From positions 402,234 through 466,233 of the forward strand of contig CAVZMG010000005.1 of NCBI GenBank assembly GCA_963776425.1: a stretch of 64,000 nt of DNA. The letters are read 5' to 3'. The stretch is from an uncultured Actinomycetes bacterium (lineage in GTDB: Bacteria; Actinomycetota; UBA4738; HRBIN12). Shown piece after piece: positions 10,465 to 22,138 of this stretch (positions are counted from its first letter, which is position 1; each line of letters begins with the position of its first letter). Made by a program: the position numbers and the translations under genes. The notes below the pieces were generated by a model. It ran no database searches and had not been told where the DNA came from. It saw nothing but the letters and a program-made list of their open reading frames with translations.

Positions 10465-10833
10465 CTACAGCACCTCCGGGGCGAGCGAGATGATCTTCAT
10501 GAACCGCTTCTCCCGTAGCTCTCGCGCGACCGGCCCGAAGATGCGGGTGCCGCGCGGGTTCTTCTGCTCGTTGATGATCACGACCGCGTTGTCGTCGAAC
10601 CGGATGTAGGACCCGTCCGGGCGACGACGTTCCTTGGCGGTGCGAACGACAACGGCGCGGACGACCTCGCCCTTCTTGACCGCACCGCCGGGCAGGGCAT
10701 CCTTCACCGTGCCGACGATCACGTCGCCTACGCCCGCGTACCTGCGGGCGGACCCGCCAAGGACGCGGATGCACAGGACCTCTTTGGCCCCGGTGTTGTC
10801 CGCCACCTTGCAGCGCGTCTCTTGCTGGATCAC
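10465..10833 (-). CDS. rplN: 50S ribosomal protein L14
   Basis: 122 aa. Confidence 0.95.
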   Translation of the reverse strand: MIQQETRCKVADNTGAKEVLCIRVLGGSARRYAGVGDVIVGTVKDALPGGAVKKGEVVRAVVVRTAKERRRPDGSYIRFDDNAVVIINEQKNPRGTRIFGPVARELREKRFMKIISLAPEVL

Positions 10834-10842
10834 CGAACGCTC

Positions 10843-11118
10843 CTACTTCGCCCGTTCGACGATCTCGACCACACGCCAGCGCTTGGTCTTCGACATCGGA
10901 CGGGTCTCCATCACGCGGACGGTGTCGCCCACGTGCGCGTCGTTGGTCTCATCGTGCGCGGCCAGCTTCGACGAGCGGCGCACGATCTTGCCGTAGAGCG
11001 CGTGGCGCATCTGGCGGTCGATCCGCACCAGCACCGTCTTGTCCATCTTGTCGGACACGACCACGCCTGTGCGGGTCTTCCGACGCCCGCGCTCGATCGT
11101 CTGCTGCTCGTCGCTCAC
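10843..11118 (-). CDS. rpsQ: 30S ribosomal protein S17
   Basis: 91 aa. Confidence 0.95.
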   Translation of the reverse strand: MSDEQQTIERGRRKTRTGVVVSDKMDKTVLVRIDRQMRHALYGKIVRRSSKLAAHDETNDAHVGDTVRVMETRPMSKTKRWRVVEIVERAK

Positions 11119-11360
11119 CGCTCGCTCTCCTCGTCAACATCGGCCACGATCGCATCGAGCTCTTCCTCGATCTCACGTTCGCGGAGCACGGTGGCGATCC
11201 GCGCCACCTCGTGGCGGACCTGCTTCATCCGTGCGGGGTTGTCCAGCTGCCCGGTCGCCAGCTGGAACCGCAGGTTGAACAGTTCCTCCTTGGCGGAGTC
11301 GATCCGAGCGAGCAACTCGTCGTCCGGCAGCTCACGCAGCTCTGCGGCCTTGCTCGGCAT
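11115..11360 (-). CDS. rpmC: 50S ribosomal protein L29
   Basis: 81 aa. Confidence 0.9.
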   Translation of the reverse strand: MPSKAAELRELPDDELLARIDSAKEELFNLRFQLATGQLDNPARMKQVRHEVARIATVLREREIEEELDAIVADVDEESER

Positions 11361-11363
11361 CGC

Positions 11364-11780
11364 CTACTCGCCCCCTACCCGGGAGATGAACTTCGTCTTG
11401 ATCGGCAGCTTGTGCTGTGCCCGGCTCATCGCTTCCTTGGCCAAAGACTCCGGCACTCCGGCCAGCTCGAACATCACACGACCCGGCTTCACGACGGCGA
11501 CCCAGCCTTCCGGGTTGCCTTTGCCGGAGCCCATGCGGGTCTCCGCGGGCTTCTTCGTGACCGGCTTGTCGGGGAAGATGTTGATCCAGACCTTGCCGCC
11601 GCGGCGGATGTGCCGCGTGATCGCGACACGGGCGGCCTCGATCTGGCGGTTCGTGATCCAGGCGGGCTCGAGCGCGACCAGGCCGTAGTCCCCGAACTGG
11701 ATCTCGGTGCCACCCTTCGCCTTGCCGCGACGTCGGCCGCGATGCACCTTGCGGTGCTTGACCTTCTTCGGCGCGAGCAT
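11364..11780 (-). CDS. rplP: 50S ribosomal protein L16
   Basis: 138 aa. Confidence 0.95.
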   Translation of the reverse strand: MLAPKKVKHRKVHRGRRRGKAKGGTEIQFGDYGLVALEPAWITNRQIEAARVAITRHIRRGGKVWINIFPDKPVTKKPAETRMGSGKGNPEGWVAVVKPGRVMFELAGVPESLAKEAMSRAQHKLPIKTKFISRVGGE

Positions 11781-12778
11781 CAGGCCTCACCCTCCGGAGA
11801 AGACGTCTCGGGTTCGGTCGGCGCAGCGGGGGCGGTCTCTACCGCAGGCGCCGCGACGGCCGGGGTCTCGACGGCCGGGGTCTCGACGGCCGGGGTCTCG
11901 ACCGCGGGGGCCTCGACGGCCGGGGTCTCGACCGCCGCCGGGGCAAGCTCGACCACGGGCTCCGGTGTCGGTGGTTCGGCAACCGCGACGGCGGCAGCCG
12001 GTGCGACGGCGGGGGCCGGGGCCTGGGCGGCAGCCGGGGTGACGGGGGCCGGCGTCGGTGCGGTGCGTGCCGCGGCTCCGCGACCACCACCCACACGGGC
12101 ACGGGCGAGCGCGCGCTCGGTCTCCTGCTCCCGGTAGGGGATCTGGTCGCCGTGGTAGATCCACACCTTCACACCGATCTGACCGAACGTGGTCTTCGCT
12201 TCGGCGGTGCCGTAGTCGACCTTCGCGCGGAGCGTATGCAGCGGCACACGGCCCTCGCGGTACCACTCGCGGCGCGACATCTCCGTGCCGCCCAGTCGGC
12301 CGGCGGCCTGGACCCGCACGCCCAGCGCCCCCGCGCGCATCGAGGTCTGGACGGCTCGACGCATCGCGCGCCGGAACGCCACACGGCCCACCAGCTGCTC
12401 GGCGACGCCTTGCGCCAAGAGCGCGGCGTCGGTCTCCGGACGCGACTCGCTCGCGGCCTGGTTCATGTCTTCGACCTTCACGTCGACACGCTTCTTGGTG
12501 TACCGCTCGATGTCCTTGCGCAGACGGTCAACCTCCGCGCCCTTGCGCCCGATCACGATCCCGGGGCGGGCCGTGCGGATGAAGACCCAGATCTGGTCGC
12601 CCTTGCGCTCGATGTCGATGCTCGAGATCCCGGCACGCGATAGGCGCGAGCGGATGTGCTTGCGGATCCACACGTCCTCGTGCAGCTGGTCCGCGTAGTC
12701 CTTGCGGGCGTACCAGTTCGATTTCCACGGGTAGATGACCCCGAGCCGGAACCCGTACGGGTTGACCTTGTGACCCAC
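11780..12778 (-). CDS. rpsC: 30S ribosomal protein S3 with ~100-aa Pro/Ala/Thr/Glu-rich C-terminal extension
   Basis: 332 aa. The S3 KH and C-terminal domains are followed by (ETPAV)n encoded by 15-nt tandem repeats. Its stop overlaps the rplP start by 1 nt. Confidence 0.9.
   Translation of the reverse strand: MGHKVNPYGFRLGVIYPWKSNWYARKDYADQLHEDVWIRKHIRSRLSRAGISSIDIERKGDQIWVFIRTARPGIVIGRKGAEVDRLRKDIERYTKKRVDVKVEDMNQAASESRPETDAALLAQGVAEQLVGRVAFRRAMRRAVQTSMRAGALGVRVQAAGRLGGTEMSRREWYREGRVPLHTLRAKVDYGTAEAKTTFGQIGVKVWIYHGDQIPYREQETERALARARVGGGRGAAARTAPTPAPVTPAAAQAPAPAVAPAAAVAVAEPPTPEPVVELAPAAVETPAVEAPAVETPAVETPAVETPAVAAPAVETAPAAPTEPETSSPEGEA
11860..11960. repeat. tandem 15-nt coding repeat (ggccggggtctcgac ×~5-6) inside rpsC 3' extension
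   Basis: The near-perfect direct repeats are visible in the sequence. They encode [15 protein letters not shown]…. Confidence 0.8.
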
Positions 12779-13122
12779 TAGCCTTCATCTCCGATCGTCT
12801 GCACGACCACGGTCACGTGCGACGTGCGCTTGCGAACCCTGGACGCGCGTCCGTACGCGCGCGGGCGGAACCGCTTGAGCGTCGGCCCTTCGTCCACCCA
12901 GACCTTCGACACCATCAGGTTCTCCGCGATCACGCCGGGCTTCTGCTCGGCGTTCGCGATCGCCGAATCCAGGAGCTTCTGCACGTCGTGCGTGGCCCCC
13001 AGCGGCGAGAACCGCAGGATCCTGCGGGCTTCCTCCACGTGCTGCCCGCGGATCAGATCCACGACCCGCCGCATCTTCTGCGGCGAGGTGCGGATGTACT
13101 TGACGGTGGCTCGTGCCTCCAA
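12778..13122 (-). CDS. rplV: 50S ribosomal protein L22
   Basis: 114 aa. Confidence 0.95.
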   Translation of the reverse strand: MEARATVKYIRTSPQKMRRVVDLIRGQHVEEARRILRFSPLGATHDVQKLLDSAIANAEQKPGVIAENLMVSKVWVDEGPTLKRFRPRAYGRASRVRKRTSHVTVVVQTIGDEG

Positions 13123-13126
13123 CGCC

Positions 13127-13408
13127 CTACCTCACTCCCGTCCTGCGCTCGTCCCGCGCGTGCGAGCGGAACATGCGTGTGGGCGCGAACTCGCCCAGCT
13201 TGTGCCCCACCATCGACTCGGAGATGAACACCGGCACATGCTTGCGGCCATCGTGCACCGCGATCGTGTGGCCGATCATGTCCGGCACGATCGTGCTGCG
13301 GCGAGACCAGGTCTTCACGACGCGCTTGTCGCCCTTCTTGTTCATCTCGTCGACCTTGACCATCAGGTGCTCGTCGACGAACGGACCCTTCTTCACGGAC
13401 CTCGGCAT
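13127..13408 (-). CDS. rpsS: 30S ribosomal protein S19
   Basis: 93 aa from [15 protein letters not shown]…. The ATG overlaps the rplB stop (ATGA). Confidence 0.9.
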   Translation of the reverse strand: MPRSVKKGPFVDEHLMVKVDEMNKKGDKRVVKTWSRRSTIVPDMIGHTIAVHDGRKHVPVFISESMVGHKLGEFAPTRMFRSHARDERRTGVR

Positions 13409-14238
13409 CAGCCACGACCCTTCCCACGGCGACGGACGATGTACTTGCTCGACGCCTTGTTCTTCTTGCGCGTGCGGCCTTCCTTCTTGCCCCACGGCGA
13501 TGTCGGATGTCGTCCACCCGAGGACTTGCCCTCGCCTCCGCCCAGCGGGTGGTCGACGGGGTTCATGGCCACGCCACGGACCGACGGGCGCTTGTTCTTC
13601 CATCGGTTGCGACCGGCCTTGCCGAGGGAGATCAGTTCGTGCTCGGGGTTCCCCACGACGCCCACCGTGCCCTTGCACGTGGCGTCGACGAGGCGCGTCT
13701 CACCGGATGGGAGCCGTAAGGTGGCGTACCGACCCTCCTTCGCCATCAGCTGCACGCTGGTCCCGGCGGAGCGCGCCATCTTGGCGCCGGCGCCCGGCTT
13801 CAGCTCGATCGCGTGGATCACCGTGCCGACCGGGATGTTGCGAAGCGGCAAGGCGTTGCCCGGGCGGATCTCAGCGTCGGAGCCGGACATCAGCATGTCG
13901 CCCACGGAGATACCCTGCGGCGCAAGGATGTATCGCTTCTCGCCGTCCACGTAGTGCAACAGCGCGATCCGAGCGCTCCGGTTCGGGTCGTACTCGATCT
14001 GGGCGACCTTGGCCGGGATCCCGTCCTTGTTGCGACGGAAGTCGACCACGCGATAGCGCCGCTTGTTGCCGCCGCCCTGGTGCCGCGCGGTGATCCGACC
14101 GTGAACGTTGCGCCCCGCCTTCTTGCGACCCTTGACGACCAGCGACTTCTCGGGCTTCGACCGCGTGATCTCCTCGAACGAGGACACGCTCGCGCCACGG
14201 CGTCCCGGCGTCGTCGGCTTGTACTTGCGAACGGCCAT
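13408..14238 (-). CDS. rplB: 50S ribosomal protein L2
   Basis: 276 aa. Confidence 0.95.
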   Translation of the reverse strand: MAVRKYKPTTPGRRGASVSSFEEITRSKPEKSLVVKGRKKAGRNVHGRITARHQGGGNKRRYRVVDFRRNKDGIPAKVAQIEYDPNRSARIALLHYVDGEKRYILAPQGISVGDMLMSGSDAEIRPGNALPLRNIPVGTVIHAIELKPGAGAKMARSAGTSVQLMAKEGRYATLRLPSGETRLVDATCKGTVGVVGNPEHELISLGKAGRNRWKNKRPSVRGVAMNPVDHPLGGGEGKSSGGRHPTSPWGKKEGRTRKKNKASSKYIVRRRGKGRG

Positions 14239-14532
14239 CTAACCCATCCCACCTTCGAAGATCTCGATCGAGTCGCCCTCGGCGAGGGTCACGATCGCGC
14301 GCTTCTCGTCGGCGCGCTTGCCGGTCGTATACCCGCGCCGCTTCGTCTTGCCCCGACGGTTCAGCGTGTTCACCGAGATCACGCGCACCTCCCAGATCAC
14401 CTGGACGGCCTCTTTGATCTCGGTCTTGTTCGCCCGCGGATCGACGAGGAACGTGTACGTGTTCAGCTCGAGACCGGCGTAGGACTTCTCGGAGACGATC
14501 GGGCGGATGATCACGTCGCGCGGGGACTTCAC
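14239..14532 (-). CDS. rplW: 50S ribosomal protein L23
   Basis: 97 aa. Confidence 0.9.
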   Translation of the reverse strand: MKSPRDVIIRPIVSEKSYAGLELNTYTFLVDPRANKTEIKEAVQVIWEVRVISVNTLNRRGKTKRRGYTTGKRADEKRAIVTLAEGDSIEIFEGGMG

Positions 14533-15161
14533 TGCGCAACCTCCCCCGCCGACTCAAGGACCTTGACGGCCGCGTCGGTGAACAGCACGCGGTCGGCACG
14601 GAGCACTTCATACGTCCCCAGGCTCTTCGCATACGCGATCCGCACGGTGGGCAGGTTGCGGAACGACTTCTCGACGATCTCTTCCGGCTCGGGGAGCACC
14701 AGCAGGATCTTGCCCTCGAGCGAGAGCGCGTCGAGCAGGCCGGCAGCTTCCTTCGTCTTGGGCTCCGTGAACCCGAGCTGGTCGACGACCGCGAGCTTCC
14801 CGCTCTGTAGGGCGTCGGTCAGCGCCGATCGGAGCGCGCCACGCTTCATCTTCTTGTTCACACGCATCTCGTGCGAATGCGACTGCGGGCCGTGGGAGAT
14901 ACCACCACCCACCCATTGGGGCGAACGGATCGAACCCTGGCGGGCACGACCAGTGCCCTTCTGGCGCCACGGCTTCTTCCCACCGCCCGAGACATCGCCC
15001 CGCGTCTTCGTCGAATGCGTTCCCGCGCGGATCCCCGCCATCCCCGCGATCACGACTTGATGCATCAACGGCACGCTCACCTTCGCCTCGAACAGGTCGG
15101 CGGGCAGGTCACGCGAACCCACCTTCTTCCCCGCCGCATCGTGGAGTTCGACCGAAGCCAT
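14529..15161 (-). CDS. rplD: 50S ribosomal protein L4
   Basis: Starts at [14 protein letters not shown]…. The ATG overlaps the rplC stop. The longer track ORF is rejected. Confidence 0.9.
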   Translation of the reverse strand: MASVELHDAAGKKVGSRDLPADLFEAKVSVPLMHQVVIAGMAGIRAGTHSTKTRGDVSGGGKKPWRQKGTGRARQGSIRSPQWVGGGISHGPQSHSHEMRVNKKMKRGALRSALTDALQSGKLAVVDQLGFTEPKTKEAAGLLDALSLEGKILLVLPEPEEIVEKSFRNLPTVRIAYAKSLGTYEVLRADRVLFTDAAVKVLESAGEVAQ

Positions 15162-15805
15162 CAGGCACCCTTCCCAACCGGGACCTTCACGGCCGAGCGG
15201 ACCATCACGAGGCCGCCGTTCGGCCCAGGGACGGCTCCCTTGATCAGCAGGAGGTTCCGCTCCGGGTCGGCCTGGACGACCTCGAGGTTCAGCACCGTGA
15301 TGCGCTGGTTCCCGTGCTGGCCGGCCATCCGCATGCCCTTGAACACGCGGGATGGCGTGGCGCATGCCCCGATCGAGCCCGGGGACCGATGTTTGCGCTT
15401 CGTCCCATGGCTCGCCCCTAGCCCACCGAACCCGTGGCGACGCATCACGCCCGAGAACCCCTTGCCGCGGGACACGCCGACGACGTCTGCGAGCTCTCCA
15501 GCGGTGAACACGTCGGCGCGCAGCTCCTGCCCCGGCGTGTAACTGGAGGCGTCATCCGTGCGGATCTCCACCAGGTGACGACCGGGCTTCCCGCCGTGCG
15601 CGTCGTAGTGACCCTGCATCGGCTTGTTCGGCGCGACATCGGCGAACGCGAGCTGGACGGCGTCGTAGCCGTCGCTCTCCTTCGTCTTCACCTGCGCGAC
15701 GAAGCACGGGCCCGCTTTGATCACCGTCACCGGCACGGCCCGCGTCTCGACGAAGATCTGGGTCATGCCCAGCTTCTCGCCCAGGATGCCTTTCGTCTGC
15801 GTCAT
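15161..15805 (-). CDS. rplC: 50S ribosomal protein L3
   Basis: 214 aa. Confidence 0.95.
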   Translation of the reverse strand: MTQTKGILGEKLGMTQIFVETRAVPVTVIKAGPCFVAQVKTKESDGYDAVQLAFADVAPNKPMQGHYDAHGGKPGRHLVEIRTDDASSYTPGQELRADVFTAGELADVVGVSRGKGFSGVMRRHGFGGLGASHGTKRKHRSPGSIGACATPSRVFKGMRMAGQHGNQRITVLNLEVVQADPERNLLLIKGAVPGPNGGLVMVRSAVKVPVGKGA

Positions 15806-16110
15806 AGCTTGATCTCGATATCCACTCCCGCCGAGAGGTTCAGGCGCTGAAGCTCCTGGACCGTCTTCGACGTCGCGTCGACGATGTCGATGAGGCGCTT
15901 GTGCGTGAGCATCTGGAAGTGCTCGCGCGAGTCCTTGTACTTATGGGGAGAACGGATGACCGTGTAGATCGTGCGCTCGGTCGGCAGCGGCACCGGTCCC
16001 ACGACCTTGGCACCGGTGCGCGTGACGTGTTCGACGATGTCGCGCGCCGCCACGTCCAGCATCCGGTGGTCGTAGGCCCGGAGCTTGATCCGGATCTTCG
16101 GTCCTGCCAC
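15802..16110 (-). CDS. rpsJ: 30S ribosomal protein S10
   Basis: 102 aa. Only 45 nt separate it from the tuf1 stop, so the S10 operon directly follows the str operon. Confidence 0.95.
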   Translation of the reverse strand: MAGPKIRIKLRAYDHRMLDVAARDIVEHVTRTGAKVVGPVPLPTERTIYTVIRSPHKYKDSREHFQMLTHKRLIDIVDATSKTVQELQRLNLSAGVDIEIKL

Positions 16111-16155
16111 GGTCGCTCGTGCCTCTCTACTAGTCTGTCTCAGACTACCGATGGA

Positions 16156-17340
16156 CTACTTGATGATCTTGGTGACGCGGCCTGCACCCACGGTGCGACC
16201 ACCCTCACGGATGGCGAAGCGCAGGCCCTCTTCCATGGCGATCGGGGCGATCATCTCGACGGTCATGTCGACGTTGTCGCCCGGCATCACCATCTCGATG
16301 CCCTCGGCCAGGTGCGCGGTGCCGGTGACGTCGGTGGTGCGGAAGTAGAACTGGGGACGGTAGCCGTTGAAGAACGGGGTGTGGCGGCCGCCTTCGTCCT
16401 TGCTCAAGATGTAGACCTTGGCCTCGAAGTCGGTGTGGGGGGTGATCGACCCGGGCTTGGCGAGCACCTGACCGCGCTCGACCTCCTCCTTGTCGATCCC
16501 TCGCAGCAAGATCCCGACGTTGTCGCCTGCGACGACCTCGTCGAGCAGCTTGCGGAACATCTCGAGGTCGGTCGCGACGGTCTTGCGGGTCTCGTGGATC
16601 CCCACGATCTCCACCTCGGACATCTTCGCGAGCTTGCCCTGCTCCACCCGCCCGGTGACCACGGTCCCGCGGCCGGTGATCGAGAAGACGTCTTCGATCG
16701 GCATGAGGAACGGCTTGTCGGTGTCGCGGACCGGCTCGGCGATGTAGGAGTCGCAGGCGGCCATCAGCTCGTCGATCTTGGCCATCCATGCCTCGTCGCC
16801 CTCGAGGGCCTTCAGGGCCGAGACCTGGATCACGGGGGTGTCGTCGCCGGGGAACTCGTAGGAGGTGAGGAGCTCACGAACCTCGAGCTCCACGAGCTCA
16901 AGGAGCTCGGGGTCATCGACCGTGTCGCACTTGTTGAGCGCGACCACGATGTAGGGGACGCCGACCTGGCGTGCCAAGAGCACGTGCTCGCGGGTCTGGG
17001 GCATCGGGCCGTCGGCCGCAGACACCACCAGGATCGCGCCGTCGATCTGGGCGGCACCGGTGATCATGTTCTTGATGTAGTCGGCGTGCCCGGGCATGTC
17101 GACGTGGGCGTAGTGGCGGTTCTCGGTCTCGTACTCCACGTGGGCGATCGCGATCGTGATGCCCCGCTCGCGCTCCTCGGGGGCCTTGTCGATCTGATCG
17201 AACGGGGTGAACTCGGCCATGCCCTTGTCGGCCTGGCGCTTGGTGATGGCCGCCGTGAGCGTGGTCTTGCCATGGTCGATGTGGCCCATGGTGCCGATGT
17301 TCACGTGCGGCTTCGTCCGCTCGAACTTCTTCTTCGACAT
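16156..17340 (-). CDS. tuf: elongation factor Tu (copy 1, str operon)
   Basis: 394 aa with the GHVDHGKT motifs. Its protein sequence is identical to the copy at 38421..39605. Confidence 0.97.
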   Translation of the reverse strand: MSKKKFERTKPHVNIGTMGHIDHGKTTLTAAITKRQADKGMAEFTPFDQIDKAPEERERGITIAIAHVEYETENRHYAHVDMPGHADYIKNMITGAAQIDGAILVVSAADGPMPQTREHVLLARQVGVPYIVVALNKCDTVDDPELLELVELEVRELLTSYEFPGDDTPVIQVSALKALEGDEAWMAKIDELMAACDSYIAEPVRDTDKPFLMPIEDVFSITGRGTVVTGRVEQGKLAKMSEVEIVGIHETRKTVATDLEMFRKLLDEVVAGDNVGILLRGIDKEEVERGQVLAKPGSITPHTDFEAKVYILSKDEGGRHTPFFNGYRPQFYFRTTDVTGTAHLAEGIEMVMPGDNVDMTVEMIAPIAMEEGLRFAIREGGRTVGAGRVTKIIK

Positions 17341-17382
17341 CTCTTCGTTCCTTCCGCTCTCTCTGGCCGTTCTCTCTGGCCG

Positions 17383-19539
<2,157 letters not shown>

Positions 19540-19601
19540 CTAGACGATCCCCCTGTCATGAGAAACCGGCCCCTGGAGGCCGGCCCGACATCCCTCGTCG
19601 C

Positions 19602-20072
19602 TCACCATCGGTAGTGCGCGAATGCCTTGTTCGCCTCGGCCATCTTGTGCATGTCCTCACGGCGCTTGACCGACGTCCCAGCGCCGTTCGACGCATCCAT
19701 GATCTCGGCCACGAGGCGTTCGGCCATGGAGTTCTCGCGGCGGGCGCGGCTGTAGTTCACGAGCCAGCGCAGGGCCAGGGTCGTTCCACGTTGCGGCTTG
19801 ACCTCGACCGGGACCTGATACGACGCGCCACCCACGCGACGCGACTTGACCTCGAGCATCGGGCGCACGTTCTCGACCGCTTTCTTCAACGTGATGACCG
19901 GGTCGTTCGCGGTCCGTTCCGAGATGATCTCGAGCGCCTTGTAGACGGTGTGCTCCGCGACCGTCTTCTTGCCGTGCAGCAGCACCTTGTTGATCAACTG
20001 TGTGACCAGCGGGTTCTGATACACGGGGTCGGGCATGACCTCGCGACGTACGGCAGGGCCTTTGCGCGGCAT
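19602..20072 (-). CDS. rpsG: 30S ribosomal protein S7
   Basis: 156 aa from [19 protein letters not shown]…. The 189-aa N-terminal extension in the track overlaps rpsL and is rejected. Confidence 0.92.
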   Translation of the reverse strand: MPRKGPAVRREVMPDPVYQNPLVTQLINKVLLHGKKTVAEHTVYKALEIISERTANDPVITLKKAVENVRPMLEVKSRRVGGASYQVPVEVKPQRGTTLALRWLVNYSRARRENSMAERLVAEIMDASNGAGTSVKRREDMHKMAEANKAFAHYRW

Positions 20073-20074
20073 GG

Positions 20075-20449
20075 TTATTCGCCGCCCTTCTTGGCCCCGT
20101 AGCGGGAGCGGGCCTGGCGGCGATCCTTCACACCGGCGGTGTCGAGCGTCCCGCGCACGATCTTGTAACGAACGCCCGGGAGGTCCTTCACGCGACCCCC
20201 ACGAACGAGCACGATCGAGTGCTCCTGCAGGTTGTGACCAACGCCGGGGATGTAGGCCGTGACCTCCATGCCGGAGGTCAACCGGACCCGGGCCACCTTC
20301 CGCAACGCGGAGTTCGGCTTCTTCGGGGTGGTCGTGTAGACACGGGTGCAGACGCCACGACGTTGCGGAGAGCCCTTGAGCGCCGGGCTCTTCGTCTTGG
20401 TGCGGGGGCGCTCTCGCCCCTTCCGTACCAGCTGTTGGATGGTAGGCAT
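20075..20449 (-). CDS. rpsL: 30S ribosomal protein S12
   Basis: 124 aa ([13 protein letters not shown]…). Confidence 0.95.
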   Translation of the reverse strand: MPTIQQLVRKGRERPRTKTKSPALKGSPQRRGVCTRVYTTTPKKPNSALRKVARVRLTSGMEVTAYIPGVGHNLQEHSIVLVRGGRVKDLPGVRYKIVRGTLDTAGVKDRRQARSRYGAKKGGE

Positions 20450-20714
20450 AGGTCTCTCGTCTGCACTCTTCCGTTGTCAAACACCGGGACCAAACCGAGG
20501 GCCTGATCCGCAGGTCGATATGCCCTTGTGCAGCGTGGAACGGGCCGCATCGGGGTTCCCCTCCCGGGATCCGGAAGCAGACGCGCCCGGAGACCTGCCG
20601 AGCCGGGGCGCGACCGACAAAGCTACAGGTCGTACACACGAACTGTCAACCGGAGCCGGTCACCGAGGCGCACGTGGGCCGACCCACCGTCCTTCCTTGG
20701 TACCGTCCGCCCCG

Positions 20715-21497
20715 ATGGAGGACCTCGATCATCTCGCGGCGCTCGCATCGCAGGCTGCCCGGATAGGCGGAACCACCATCCTGGAGGCCGGACGCGAGGG
20801 TCCCGTCGTGGACAAAGGGGCCGGGGATTATGTGACCGAGGTCGACCAGGCAAGCGAGGTCGCGATCGCCGCGTTCCTCGCCACGGCAACCCCTGATATC
20901 CCGCTCGTGGGTGAGGAGCGCGGAGGGATCGCTCGCGAGCGGTACTGGCTCGTCGACCCGCTGGACGGAACCACCAACTTCGTCCACGGCTTCCCGATCG
21001 TCGGGGTTTCCGTGGCATTGATCGAGGAAGGGCACCCGACCGCCGGAGCGGTCGCCGCGCCGTTCCTGCGGGAATGCTACGTCGCCGCCCGTGGACGAGG
21101 CGCTCGCATCGAGAGAGAGGGGCGACCAGCGCGCCGGCTCCACGTCAGCGAACGCCCGGTGGAGCGGGCGGTCGTCGGCACCGGATTCCCGTTCCGGCAC
21201 AAAGAGGTCTTGCCGCGCTACCTCCGGGCGATGACCGCCGCCCTCGAACGGTTCGAGGATCTCCGCCGGCCCGGCGCGGCGGCGCTCGACCTCGCGTGGG
21301 TCGCGGCCGGCGTGTTCGACGGCTTCTTCGAGTTGGCGCTCTCGCCGTGGGACGTGGCGGCGGGCGGTCTCCTGATCGAGGAAGCGGGCGGCATCGTCAC
21401 GGACTGGACCGGCTCGGCGAACTACCTGTCCGGTGACATCCTGGCGGGCAACCCGTCGGTCCACACGGAGCTGCGCCGCTTGACCGCCGATCCATGA
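20715..21497 (+). CDS. inositol monophosphatase family protein (SuhB/ImpA-like)
   Basis: The start MEDLDHLA… (ATG at 20715) was chosen to avoid overlap with rpsL. Motifs WLVDPLDGTTNF and the C-terminal WDVAAG are typical of the IMPase fold. Confidence 0.8.
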   Translation: MEDLDHLAALASQAARIGGTTILEAGREGPVVDKGAGDYVTEVDQASEVAIAAFLATATPDIPLVGEERGGIARERYWLVDPLDGTTNFVHGFPIVGVSVALIEEGHPTAGAVAAPFLRECYVAARGRGARIEREGRPARRLHVSERPVERAVVGTGFPFRHKEVLPRYLRAMTAALERFEDLRRPGAAALDLAWVAAGVFDGFFELALSPWDVAAGGLLIEEAGGIVTDWTGSANYLSGDILAGNPSVHTELRRLTADP

Positions 21498-22030
21498 GGA
21501 GACGTCGGCTCCAGGCTTGGGCGGAGGATCTGTATTCCGACTACGGACCGAGGATCTGCGACCTCGTCGGCGTCGACCACCCACCGGTGATCCGGATCGT
21601 GGTCTCCGTGTCGGGCTCCGGCGCCGCGTGGACGAGCGGCACCGATGTCACGCTTTCCGCCCGTTGGTTCGCGCAACACCCCGACGACGCCGGCGGATGC
21701 CTCCACGAGTTCACGCACGCGATCATGCGCGCGCCGATCTACGACGGAACCACCCGTTGGCTGATCGAAGGTATCGCCGACTGGGTCCGAGACGAGCTCG
21801 GCCACGACATGCCGTGGACCTTCGCCCACTACGGACCCGGAGAAGCGACGGCCGGCTACCAAACGACCGCCCACTTCCTCCAGTGGCTCGAAGCGCACCA
21901 CCCCGGCGCCGTGAGAACCCTTTCCAAGGAGCTGATGTCAGGCACGTACCAACCGACCGTGTTCGAGTCGATCACCGGGGCGATGCTCAGCGTATGCGTC
22001 AGCCGCTACGAGCAGGAACAGCAAGCATGA
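21494..22030 (+). CDS. putative Zn-metallopeptidase-like protein with HEFTH motif (basic-secretory-protein/BSP-like fold?)
   Basis: 178 aa. An HExxH-type motif (HEFTHAIM) is preceded by W..Q.P.D, which resembles PF04450. The start overlaps the IMPase stop (ATGA). Confidence 0.45.
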   Translation: MRRRRLQAWAEDLYSDYGPRICDLVGVDHPPVIRIVVSVSGSGAAWTSGTDVTLSARWFAQHPDDAGGCLHEFTHAIMRAPIYDGTTRWLIEGIADWVRDELGHDMPWTFAHYGPGEATAGYQTTAHFLQWLEAHHPGAVRTLSKELMSGTYQPTVFESITGAMLSVCVSRYEQEQQA

Positions 22031-22040
22031 ACCGAACGAA

Positions 22041-22100
22041 GAGGGCCGGGGGTCGCCGCGAGGGGCTTCGCCTTCCCCTCGCGGCGCGCCCCCGGCCCTC
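22041..22100 (-). terminator. strong GC-rich hairpin terminator downstream of rpoC (also downstream of convergent + strand peptidase gene)
   Basis: Inverted repeat of about 25 bp, gagggccgggggtcgccgcgagggg / cccctcgcggcgcgcccccggccctc, with a 9-nt loop. A U-rich tract follows on the minus strand. Confidence 0.6.
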
Positions 22101-22138
22101 AGCGCCTACGCGCGAGCCCGGAACGATCCGCGGCAGCG

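Noticed and set aside
11860-11960. Tandem 15-nt repeats considered as possible CRISPR/minisatellite
   Set aside because: No spacers, no cas genes, units are contiguous and in-frame within rpsC. This is a coding tandem repeat, not CRISPR.
11211-12266. Several Pro/Arg/Gly-rich ORFs on both strands over the rpsC 3' region (11211..12137 +, 11787..12266 -, 11839..12102 -)
   Set aside because: Alternate frames of the S3 low-complexity repeat tail. The S3 frame is the one contiguous with the conserved S3 domains.
19602-20639. 345-aa ORF for rpsG
   Set aside because: Only the C-terminal 156 aa are S7. The N-terminal part overlaps rpsL.
20346-20714. N-terminal 123 aa of the IMPase track ORF
   Set aside because: It overlaps rpsL on the opposite strand and is Arg/Pro-rich. 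The conserved IMPase sequence begins at the ATG at 20715.
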